This document shows positions 27,542 through 38,164 of a DNA stretch of 63,381 nt, piece after piece. The translations under genes were made by a program, and so were the position numbers. The first letter of the stretch is position 1. Every line of letters begins with the position of its first letter. The stretch covers positions 1 through 63,381 of the forward strand of contig JBFLGF010000101.1 of assembly GCA_050230475.1 (NCBI GenBank), given 5' to 3'. Origin of the DNA: Ancylonema sp. (lineage: Eukaryota). Below the pieces are notes generated by a model. It made no database searches. It saw nothing but the letters and a program-made list of their open reading frames with translations, and was not told where the DNA came from.

Positions 27542-28900
27542 AGATACCTTGACTTCAGTTTCTTGTTGCTTCGCTGACAGAGGCTCTTTCGCTTCAAAGT
27601 CCTCATCCATTTGTCTGCTAACGTCCTCTGCTGCCACATCGGCAGCCACGTCAGCATCCTCGTCATCGTCATAGTCGCCCAGCAACTGAAGCGGGTTCAC
27701 ATCAGGTGTCGGCAGCCCTGGATGTGACCTGGTGACCCCTGGATGTGCAGAATCCTCATCCCTGGTGACGGAGACAGGTAGCAGGTCTGCAGAGAACGGG
27801 GGCAGAAGGAAAACCTTCAGCTTTTAGACACGGGAAATCCAACAGCTACCTTCGGACAAGTATTCTGTTTCTTTTAGGAGGTCTGAATGGTGGAAAGTTG
27901 GGCCCATATCGTCCGTATTGCCAGCCATGCGGATTAACGTTGTGTCCAGAAAAAGAAACATTAGTCAGCAGAACAGAATAACGCGGATGTAGCGGGAAGA
28001 TGAAGCGAACGCCGATAGAACAAACTAATCCCTACATTGTATCAGAGTGGTAAGCCATGAAGAGTAAGCAGCGAGTACATAAAGGAGTAGTATGAGTTGT
28101 CTGCTGAGTCGCTCTCAGTGACTCTTTATATTTTCGGGCAAGGGTGCCATACATGGAGGCACATGTATGGACGTGTGAAGGTAAAATCCGAGCTGCGGCA
28201 CCCAGAGCTGGGTGGCAATGGAGCATTCAGAGTTTTGGGAAAAGAAGCACGAACCGAAGTCCTTCGCATTGCAACCGCTCCAAAAAGCTCCTCCCTGTAT
28301 CTTTCTCTTTCAACAGTCCCTCTTACAACCCCCAGGAAGAGAAAGGAGGCATAGAAAGGTCCCTTCGGGGAAGAGGTCGGCAAAATAGGGAGGATGGATA
28401 GGCGGATGGTCGGCAGTCATCATTTGTTGACAGCTCACAGTTTAAGTACTGGGGTATGTTCCACGTGTCTGGTAAGGAGTTGTCGACCAACCTGTGGGTT
28501 GAGGGGCGGCATTGATCGCTGGTCCGACAGCGGCGCCAGCCATCACGGATGAGGGGCTCCGATTCCCTGGACAGCACATCCCAGACCCTTCATGACAACC
28601 AAGACACTGCCACGACATTCGCCAGTGAAGTGTAAGACATTTGGCCCGACGGGTAGTCCAGGAAACAACCTCTGATAACTTACTAGTATCCTCAAGGTAC
28701 ATCTTGGAAGAGATTACACCGCCCGGCCACCGGGACGTGGCCTACAATTTTTTTTCCTACCTATTCCACTCCATGCACCTCACCGTGTAGATTACTCCAT
28801 GTTACTTACCTACTGGGACGGGCTCCTCGGTCCAAAGATCCAGCTTCGGACGGCGAGATCCTCCCATGACCCCATATTGTCGATCCCGCTTTCGACCCAT
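24292..28900 (-). CDS. WW-domain protein, FNBP4-like (two WW domains)
   Basis: Exons 28900-28810, 27786-27548, 27327-26672, 26564-25391, 25287-25214, 24892-24703, 24369-24292. N-terminus 'MGRKRDR...RRPKLDLW' and 'NPLQLLGDYDDDE', WW1 'PWAAAVDTATGVTYYWNKITQETSWTLP', 'LVDKWKAAKEE', 'NANFQPLGSDW|RERV', WW2 'GLPPGWK|TFWDTSTSALYYGNLSTKATSWDRP*'. Confidence 0.88.
25027..25198. mobile_element. ~170-bp pogo/mariner-like MITE in an intron of the WW gene
   Basis: Imperfect TIRs caatgaaacctggctaaatt / atatagacaggttttacca. Its reverse complement aligns along the whole length with the copy at 37006-37175. Confidence 0.7.
26868..27012 (-). repeat. Coding 9-bp tandem repeat encoding (GEK/GEE/GEN)n
   Basis: ttctccctt-type units on the + strand. 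The protein reads GEKGEKGEKGEEGEEGENGEK. Confidence 0.85.
27466..27539. repeat. (GA)n microsatellite in an intron
   Basis: Directly visible. Confidence 0.95.
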
Positions 28901-29449
28901 GACAAGCGATCACGCACACGGTGCAGGCCACCACGACGACCGACGCAATTTCTTTGCCGCTAGTTCACTTCACCCAGTGAAAATCACAAAAAGCTGGAGG
29001 ATTTTCAGCGCCTACCCATTGTCCAGATTAAGCGGCTGGCGCACAGCGTACACGGCACAAGGTACGGATTCCTTCGGCGCTTATTTGCTCAATCTCGGCG
29101 CAATCTATTGTGGGGTTTTGACGAGAGTGGCGCTTGATTTCTGTCAGACATTCTGACGCCATTCCTGGCTTGCGGGTTGGCTCCCGACTGTCAGGAAATG
29201 TTGGCATAACTTCTCATTTACGATAGGGAAAGCAGGTCGAAGGAGTGGCGATCCTGGAGTTCGTTCGCACATGGGCAGAATAAAAACTGAGCTCCGTCCA
29301 CTGTAGCATTGTGCAGTCTTCCTCGTATCTGCTCGACCGCCGTCGTATTTATGAACAGATGGCTATTTGCTGAACGAATGGCTGTTGTCTGAGACAACAG
29401 TGACCATGTGATATATAGGGCCACATCAAACTGCCACATTCTGCACGTG

Positions 29450-30997
29450 ATGGCTCACACATTGCGACCTGTTGTAACCTGGACTGGAAGACGTTCTCAA
29501 CGGAATCGTGTTACATCGAGTTCCAAACAAGTTTATAATTTGTTCATCCTTCGACCAAGAGTGAGGATCACCCTCCATACAGAGAAGGACAAACAGTGTC
29601 ACGGGTCCGGTCTTAGCGGCCTCTACTGCAGAAAGTCGTCAGGGGTAGGTGTATGTAGACCAAAAGCTGCGATTTCGGGAGCGATCCCGACGGCTGAGGA
29701 GGACCCTCAAGAAGCAAAAGAAGTAGGAGCATTATTCCAGGAAGATTCAAAAAGTGCTCCACCACAGGGCAGCGTTCTGAGTGCTGTTGGGCTCATTATG
29801 GGAACAGCGGTTGGCCCTGGCATTCTCGGCCTTCCAGCTGCGACCATGTCAGCCGGACTAATTCCCGCCACGGCAGTTATTGTGGTCGCTTGGGCCTACG
29901 TCATGGCATCCGTACTGCTCGTGGTGGAACTCAGCTGCGCAATCATGGCGGAACAGGGTGGTAAGCAGATCAGTTTCTCGGTTCTGGCGAGTCGGACGCT
30001 CGGGGAGAAGGGTGGTCTCGTAGTAGCTGTTGTGTACGCAGCCCTGAATTACGCGCTTTTAGTCGCATGCATAGCCGGTTTGGGGAGTCTACTGGCGTCA
30101 GCGACGGGAAACCGGCTGACTGCTCCCGTTGCAAGCGCCCTCTGCACGTGTCTGGTGGCGTCAGGGGTGCGGTGGGCCCCATTTCCGGTTCTGGATGGTG
30201 TGAATCGGACCCTTTGTGGTCTCATGGTCACTTCTAGCGCCTTACTAGTCGCTCTGGGTATGCCGCACGTGAATCTGAATGCTGCGCTGGCACACTCTCA
30301 TTGGACAGCAGCGGCCATGGTGCCAGCTGTACCTATTACCGTGCTGACACTTGGATTCCATGTCATCACGCCCCTCATCTGCGGACTTTTGAAGGGGGAC
30401 GCGCGTCGCGCCAGGCTGGCAGTGTTGACTGGGGGGTTAGTGCCCCTGATCATGGTCCTGGGGTGGAATACGGTTATTCTAGGAATCATGAGGCAGCCAG
30501 CCGGGGTAACGGGTGCGGGTACAGCTGATCCAATCAGTCTGCTGCTATCCTTAGGCACTGCTGCTGCCCCTTGTGTCCAAATTTTCGCCCTGGCAGCTCT
30601 GGGCACTACTCTGATTGGCTATGCCATGTCCTTTCCACAGCAACTAGGAGACACACTAGACATGCTGAGGCCAAAGGGAGGCGTAGGGGGAGTGAAAGGC
30701 AGAGGGGGAGGGGAGTCTCAGAACCGCATTACGAGTTCTGTTCTGTGGGGGGCCGTTGGTCCTCCCCTTGCTCTTGCTGTGTTCTGTCCGGTGGTTTTTG
30801 CCCGAGCTCTAGATTTTGCCGGTCTGTACGCGAATTGCTTCTTGTTTGGAGTCCTGCCGCCGCTAATGGCGTGGATCATCCGAGGAGAACAACAAAATCG
30901 AGTAGGTGGAGTGGAGATGCAACTTGGGGGCGGGAAGCCCGTGCTTTTGTTATTATTTTGTACAGCCATTTTCCTCGGGTGTAGACCTCCTCCTTAA
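29450..30997 (+). CDS. Tryptophan/tyrosine permease family (TyrP/Mtr-like) transporter, probably plastid-targeted, intronless
   Basis: Single ORF with a Ser/Arg-rich N-terminal extension, then 'GSVLSAVGLIMGTAVGPGILGLP', 'LTLGFHVITPLIC', 'GGLVPLIMVLGWN' and 'ALDFAGLYANCFLFGVLPPLMAW'. First ATG is at 29450. Confidence 0.9.
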   Translation: MAHTLRPVVTWTGRRSQRNRVTSSSKQVYNLFILRPRVRITLHTEKDKQCHGSGLSGLYCRKSSGVGVCRPKAAISGAIPTAEEDPQEAKEVGALFQEDSKSAPPQGSVLSAVGLIMGTAVGPGILGLPAATMSAGLIPATAVIVVAWAYVMASVLLVVELSCAIMAEQGGKQISFSVLASRTLGEKGGLVVAVVYAALNYALLVACIAGLGSLLASATGNRLTAPVASALCTCLVASGVRWAPFPVLDGVNRTLCGLMVTSSALLVALGMPHVNLNAALAHSHWTAAAMVPAVPITVLTLGFHVITPLICGLLKGDARRARLAVLTGGLVPLIMVLGWNTVILGIMRQPAGVTGAGTADPISLLLSLGTAAAPCVQIFALAALGTTLIGYAMSFPQQLGDTLDMLRPKGGVGGVKGRGGGESQNRITSSVLWGAVGPPLALAVFCPVVFARALDFAGLYANCFLFGVLPPLMAWIIRGEQQNRVGGVEMQLGGGKPVLLLLFCTAIFLGCRPPP

Positions 30998-31801
30998 ATG
31001 GGGGGCGGTGACACGTCATGTTTGGTCGCATTAGCCTTTTGTCGGTTAAGGCTTTAAGAGGCTCGATGTCAGCTATAGACATGATAAAACATCAAAGAAC
31101 ATCACAAAATCATGTTATTTCATCTAGGTCCATTTGGGCATAGATGTCCATCTTGTGGACATCATACCGTGTAAAACTTAGTTGGTATGAGTTGTGAGAC
31201 ATCTAGGCATTCGTGCATCAAAGCCTGCCAAAAGTATCGGTGTAGCACTTGATACAAAAATAGTGCTTGGAGGTTTGATAGAACCTTTAAAATAAATGCA
31301 TTCCTCGGATTGTGGGAAGTCCCTCACTTTGTGGTGTTACAAAGAAATAGATTGCTAGTTGTGACTTGACAATTGAAGCTAGACCATAGTGGACAGTGTC
31401 AGCATGACTTGAATGAGTAGTTTACTTCGGGTAAGGCACATGCTTTGTGACATTCATAATCCTCATGGCTTGAGGAGTCTATGTACTACTGCTATTCATG
31501 TAAGAGTGTATGGAGAAAACACAGACTTGCATGTTGCTTACTGCAGCAATGGAAATCAGAAGTAAGAATCTATGAAGCTATTGATATACTGAATGAACAT
31601 GGAGCTCTAAGCATGCCCTTGAGAATCTGCCATGCTTCACATCTTGCTCGACAAGATTTGGCATATTTGTGCAAGAGACCCAATGTGTGTACCAAACCGC
31701 ATTCTCAAAGCTGGTGACAAAATAAAAAGACACATCATGACCTAAATTCTGTGATACTTGTCCATATCTATACAAATACCTCTGCCAAATTGACACCGCT
31801 T

Positions 31802-34701
31802 TCATTTACTCGACACCGTTCGTGTAGCCACTAGCGCACCATTCCGCGGAGAAATTCCAGGGTCAAACAAAGGGACTAAACTACATTCTTGGACGAATTC
31901 AGGTGGACACTCATCTGCGCTTTCTTCCAAAAACAAGAGGCGGTCGTATAACATCACAGACTCCAACAAGGGCGCCACAACTTCCCGGAGACACCAAAAT
32001 GGGCCAACCAATCCCTGCATTGCCAACGGCACCCAATGGATCAAACAAAGACATGCAAACGAACAAACACACATTAATGTAGGGAGAGAGTCCAAAGGCG
32101 CGTGCATTTGTCACAACACGACCTTCAATGGAGGTCCGTACGTCAAATGACAACAGGACCTTTGACACCAAACAAATCACCCCCAACACCATCCACCCCT
32201 CCCTCTGCCAAAACGTCTTACAAAAACAGCCACCGCCCTCCCCACCCCCCTCCCCCCTCCTTACCACGTGCGCCTCCACCTCCTGCCACACGCCCCTCAG
32301 AACGGCCACCTCTAAAGCGGGAAGCTGCAACCGCTCCAACGCGCGATTTGAATAAACCATGAAGCGTTCCGCTTGTTGCTCCGCCCCACTGCCCTTCTGA
32401 GTGGCGGACAAGGAAGGGGGCGGGCAGCTGGCCCTCTCCCCCTCCTCCGGGGGTGGGAAAGAGAGGGGGGGGGGGTAGGATTGTGATTGCCTGCCCCTCT
32501 GCCGCCTCCGGGCAGTTTTCCCCACCCTCCCCACCACAGGGCTGCCGGATGCTGTCTGGGGATAATGCCTTTCCAGGACCTGGGGAATGGAAAATGATGA
32601 GTTAGAGGAAGGGAAAAGGGGGGGCGGGGGGTGGGGGGGGAGGGGGATTGCGGTTGCCGATGCGGTTGGGGAAGGTGTCTGACCACTTGAAGGGCTGCTC
32701 GGAATGCGTGGCCCTCAAATTCCACGTCAGCACTCTGGGCTCCCTGGGCCTGCCACCTGGCAGCACTCTGCTCCAGTCCCACGACATACATCTGACAGTT
32801 ACCCACTGCTTACACGTCGGACACAAGTTCAAAAAGCACGGACGCCTTTTTTGGCATCAGCGCTGACCTGGCATGCCAGATCTCGGCCAGCGCGCCCGAT
32901 GGTTACTTTGGCCTCATGCAGGTGACGGGTGAGGGGGAAACCGTAACCGTCTGCTGGGAGGCTGGGTGCGGGAGGGGGGGGTGCTTCTGTGAGCAGGTTG
33001 TAGCAACAGCTGACGGCCACGAGTGCTACAGGGCCATGCCACTGGTGGAACGCCCTGGGACACACAGGCAGGATAAAAAAAACAGAGATATGGCGACAGT
33101 CTCGACGTTGTCCTCGACATATGCAGCAAGTGCAACAGAACATCACCTGAGGACATCACCTGGACATCACCTGATGGCAACAGAAATTCACCTCAGGAGG
33201 GTGGGGGTGAGATCTCCACAAGCATGTAATCCGAGAAATAGGGGCCTCCATGCTGACTCAGCCTCTGCCACCTGGCATGATGCTGACTCAGCTTCCAGAC
33301 ACTGCAGTCGTTGCAACTTGGGGTCTGACTGCTGCATCTCCTCAAAGCAGCGGATGAGGGACTCCGTTGACACGTCCAGGTCGATACGCTGAGTCAGCGT
33401 GACAGGAGGCTGAGCTGGTGCACTCCCACTCCTTCTCCGTGCGCTATTGCCACCTGTCCCGCCAATCACTGTTTCATCTCCGACCACAAATCTTCGTGGT
33501 ACGTGCCAGAGCGGCTCGTTGTCCTACCCTTTCGCTTCGGAGACCCGCTTTGGGCTGTTCCAGTACTTGGTTACCCGGGCCGCCCGGGCGTTGGTGACAT
33601 CAGCATGATGCGCGCAGGAGTCCACAGCCAGCACCTTGAGTCCGTACTGGTACGAAAGCACGAGCGCCAGAGCGCCCTGAACCCAACAGATCGCCCCCCG
33701 TAAGCCCATGAAATTTCCGGAAACCCATCCTCCAAGGCGAGAATGCCACCTGTCCTGCTCCCAGATCAATCACATGTGTGGCCCCCAATTTTTCCGCCAC
33801 ATGCGCCACCAAAGCAGCCAATCTCGTGACTTCGTGACACTTCTTAGGGTTCAGTCCCTGGAGCAGCACGGAGGGCAGGGCAGGACCACATGCCTGCCCA
33901 CCCTAACCACACACCCTTTAGCCTCTCACTGAATGCCACCTGGAGGCATGGCAGCATCGCCTGACTGCATGAAGGGTGCATTGGCTATGACTTGCTGTTC
34001 AACGGTCCGACACGAGAGTGTGTCGTGTCCACACTGACCTGTCCTTGCTCGGGGGCGCGTGGGAGCGCCAGCTGGCGGGCTTGGCGTAGAAAGGCTTGCA
34101 GAGACGGCGGCCACTCCTCCTGAACCGGGAGATAACAAATCTCAACTTCGTGTCCGTGACTATGTTCACCCGTGAACCCTGCCCTTTCAAATATGGATAC
34201 CTTGCAGAAACCCCCTGGGACCAGTAGCAGCTCATTTGTACTCAGGCCTTCAAGTGCCAGCAGCCAAGCAGGAGCAACCAGCTCCCATAATTCCTTCTGC
34301 AGCCCAATACGATTGCATCCCACGTGGAGCATTACATGACATGGCGCACTACAAGCGCAGGTAGTCGTCGCAATATATTTTGGAGGAGTTTAGTCCGATA
34401 CAAGTTCCGGGCCTCATGTCCTGGCGCAAGCGGAGACGCTTCTGCTTCTCTTCCCCCCTTACGATTCCCCCATTGATAAATGCAGTATAGGCTAAGTACT
34501 AAGGCAGAATCGAACCGTGAAGAAATCAACGACGTGGCACGACCAGAGCCACGAAAATGGTCGTAAGAAGTCCAGGAGAGCCACAAGCTTCTCTGCGACC
34601 TCACTTCTCATCGCGCCATCACCTCCGCGACCCCAGCTCTGCCCTACCGCTATCGTTGTCAGAGAGCAACAGATGAATCGGCTAGTGGGTGGGGAGCCCA
34701 T
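31802..34701 (-). CDS. SAM-dependent methyltransferase, METTL25B/RRNAD1-like (Methyltransf_32)
   Basis: Multi-exon. Motifs 'HVVDFFT', 'LNPKKCHEV', 'VIDLGAGQ|GALALVLS', 'LGLHACGDL', 'VSCCYNLLTE', 'GFPL', 'HAFRAALQ', 'LYDRLLFLEE' and 'VPLFDPGISPRN'. Internal exon boundaries are approximate. Confidence 0.87.
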
Positions 34702-35053
34702 AATATTTGCGGCCTGGAGCTCAGGGGCGGGGATTGATTCAGAAGCCCAGGCATATGCTCTGGTCTCCGGCCTCTGGGCTCATGATTCCAAAGCACATAC
34801 CACGGAGCCCAGAATGGGCCCATATGAGCCCAGATGATCTCAAAAGAGCCCTGAGTTGCCTAAATGAGCCCAAACGTTTTAGTTTCCGAACTCTGGGCTC
34901 CTGGCACCGATCTGGGCCCCGGCCTCTTTAGCCTCCTTGGGCTCGGGGGCTAGGATTTTTCCAACTTTTGGGCTCCGTGCTGAATGAGCCCAAATTCTAA
35001 GGGCACTGGGCTCATTGAGCTCCGGGTTCCCCGCACCTTAATAGCTTCCAGGC
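34695..35053. promoter_or_regulatory. Dense cluster of TGGGCY/RGCCCA (site II-like) motifs inside a loosely inverted-repeat-bounded block at the methyltransferase start
   Basis: About 13 TGGGCY/RGCCCA hexamers in ~340 bp. The ends gcctggagct...gcgggga and tccccgc...agcttccaggc are imperfectly inverted. Confidence 0.5.
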
Positions 35054-35171
35054 TTAGGGTTGGATTTTTAGGCCTTAAAGACTCCACCGGTAATGTCAAA
35101 ACTATAATAAGGGGTAAATACTAAAAATGTGAATAATTCGCGTCGTACATCATTCTTGGGTCAAAATTTAA

Positions 35172-36306
35172 CAAAGTTGCACGGACCGGCAGACCAGAGT
35201 CCCGACTCCGGACCGATGTCCGTCCTTTTGGGTAAAAAATCCGGACCGGCTGTTTAGGGTAACATCGGGTTTGGGGGTCTTAAGGTGTTTTCCGTGGAGA
35301 AAAAACTCCGGAAGTATTTTATTCGTGAACAAAAGTTTGTTTCACGTCTTATTAAAATGTCACGAAAATGCCAGACCTATCGAATAAGTAATCAATACCA
35401 GCAATGCATAATTGTAGAGAACGTTTGTCACCACTTTCGAAAGACATCACTCGGGAAAATGCTTTAAGTAATTCGAAATGGTTATAAGGACTCCATGTTT
35501 TTTCATTTTCCAGAGGTTAAAATGTAATTATGAAATGATGCTCATGTGAGTCTCAAAAATATGTGATGAAGGGTCACCGTATCATGAAGAAAAGAAAAAA
35601 AGAGAGAAAATACCCATATCAAATATCATCTTGGTTATTTTCCAACGCTCACAACATTGTATTCAAACTTCTCTCCACCTTATAAATACATTTCTCACTT
35701 CTCATTTTCCTACTCTACATACATAAATGGGTAACTTCCCTGTCTATAATTTACTTACCTTAATAAATTACATCCTTGCCTACAACTCCATACTTCTATG
35801 AAAAGGAAAAACAAACATTACGACTTCTACACCCACAATTTTTGTTCTATTTTTACACCCTAACATTCTCCACTGTCTTCACCACCTTAAATAACCCCCC
35901 TCTCCCTACTTACCACTCCTCACTTGTCACTCCCAAAATATCTTTCCTCACTCCGAATAACACACTTCCAAGTACCAAATCACACCAAAATTTCAGCCAT
36001 TTTGTCAATTTTTGAATTTCACAATCTCAATCAGTGGACGGATATGAACATGTTGTTTTTTTTTTTTTTTTTTTTTTTTTGGTACAACTTCGTAAGCCAA
36101 AAATGACACATGTATATCACACGTGTGAGGTACAAAAAAAAAAACAAAAAAAAAAAAAAAAAAAAAAAGCCCCACGTTCTTTTTCCCCGCGGAAAAATGG
36201 TCTGGTTAAAAAAACCCTAATGGTTCCCCGGTCCGACCGAGTCCCGACTCGGGACCCGGTCCGACCGCGGTCCGAAAATCCAATGTTGCCGGTCCGTGCA
36301 ACTATG
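35172..36306. mobile_element. Non-autonomous hAT element
   Basis: TIRs CAAAGTTGCACGGACCGGCA / TGCCGGTCCGTGCAACTATG (19/20 match), 8-bp flanks aaatttaa / aattttaa, GGACCG subterminal repeats and an AT-rich interior with no transposase. Confidence 0.88.
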
Positions 36307-36790
36307 AATTTTAACGCTGATCACAATGGTCGACTTACTAATTAAAAATTATGAAGATTTAACCTATTTTTCGGTCATGATAATCATCGTTATGTTAACA
36401 CACGGATTGTTTACCTAAAACATCCGGAAACTATTAGTATACCACGCGTAAAACACAAATTTTTGTACACGTATACTTTAGTTACTAACCTTTTAATATT
36501 GAAACCAGTTTTTTTTCGGTGTATCATAAACGCATGTTACTAAAGTATATCGAGTCCACAAATAACATAAACACAACTCGGCACAATTTAAGGTTCCAAT
36601 AACAAGAGTGTAAGTATATCGAGGGCTACTTTATCAAGGTGACATTGTATAGATCCGATTTATTACGACGTGAAAGCATTATTGGCTCCGCCCCGGGCGG
36701 GATATTTTCGTCCGTGGCACTGCCCGAGGCGGGCCGGCCCGAAGCAGTGCCGCGGGCGGACAATCCGGGGCGGAGCCAAAAGCCCAGATA

Positions 36791-37351
36791 CAGTGCAGTC
36801 TCGATATAGTGACAATATATGATGGGATTTAATGTTACTATATCGAATGCTAGGGCTGTCACTATACACTGTACAGTGACATTTGATAGGGCGACAAGAG
36901 GCAAATGTCACTATATCCCATTTGCGAGAGAAAGTGAAATTCGGGTCGATATTTGTAACGGAGGTGGCTCATCTAACCGGATTCTGTTATAGCATACTCT
37001 CGCTGTAGTAAAACCTGTTTACATTACTCATGTTGGAACAATAAACAAAATTGAAATTAGACTGGTTATTAATTTACGAGTCACATTTTGGCTAAAAACA
37101 ATTCGGGCGGAATATTATGCATTAAAATAGACAGATTGTAATTTTTTACTGTATAAATTTAGATAGGTTTCACCGTATAGTGGCAGCGCAATACACAAAT
37201 CTGGGATTTTTTGGTCACTATAGCGTGTGTCACTATAGTGATTGGCAGTATATATAGTAGGTTTATATATAGGATTAGAAAAAGGGCAAAAAAATTGTCA
37301 CTATATCGCGATTGTCACTGTACAGTGTGTCACTATATCAAGACTGCAATG
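36791..37351. mobile_element. pogo/Tc1-mariner-type MITE
   Basis: TA-flanked 24-bp TIRs CAGTGCAGTCTCGATATAGTGACA / TGTCACTATATCAAGACTGCAATG and multiple internal GTCACTATA repeats. Confidence 0.85.
37006..37175. mobile_element. ~170-bp MITE nested inside the 36791-37351 MITE
   Basis: Ends tagtaaaacctgtt / agataggtttcaccg-TA. Same family as 25027-25198. Confidence 0.65.
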
Positions 37352-38164
37352 TACCAAAAAAAGAATAACGCCGAAATGCGGAGACATGGTCGATTTTGTC
37401 GATTTTCAAAATTGACTTCATGCTGAGTTTGGCTGCTAAACGCCATACGCCACACGTCACACGTTAGGCATCATTTATTGTCATCCATGGGTCCGAATCC
37501 GTGGCATGGCGTCGAATAATGCGATAAAAATGAAAAAAAAAGAAAAAAGTAAATTGAGATACACAAATAATAAAATAATAATACACGAATGAAGATGGCA
37601 AGCGCAATTACAAGTGTTATGAAAACTCGAATGGTTGTTGGATTACTTTTTTTCAAAAACGACATGATCTACGTGGTCTAGGGATCCTTTCACAAGAAAC
37701 CTACAAAACCTTCATGGGTCAGCCCCGGGAAAAACTATTTCCATCCAGGAGCGCCGCTCGGGGCGAGCTCGTTCGGGACAAAGCGGGGCGAAACGTGCGG
37801 GGCGAATCCAACTATGCGTGAAAGAGAGGAGGCCACTTGTGAGCTCGCGCGCGCATTTGCTCTTTCTGAGCGACCTCGATCGGCGCAATCGCGTTCGTCG
37901 AGTGGCAAAATGCGGTGGGTCCAAGGGCATGAGTAATCACGCACGCCGACAATGCTGGAGCCAAAATGAGCCCATTGAGCCGCTAAAGCCAAAATAGACC
38001 CTTCGGAGTCCGTACAACGTGACTCGTGCCACGCGGCCAGCCTTTGCCGTACGCTTTGTCGAGGGTGTCCCGGCTCGCAGCCAACCAGCATTGTTGAATC
38101 GACGGGCATGTCTGTTTGGGATACGAAATTTGGGCTCCCTACGTTCTAACATCAGCAGTACCTC

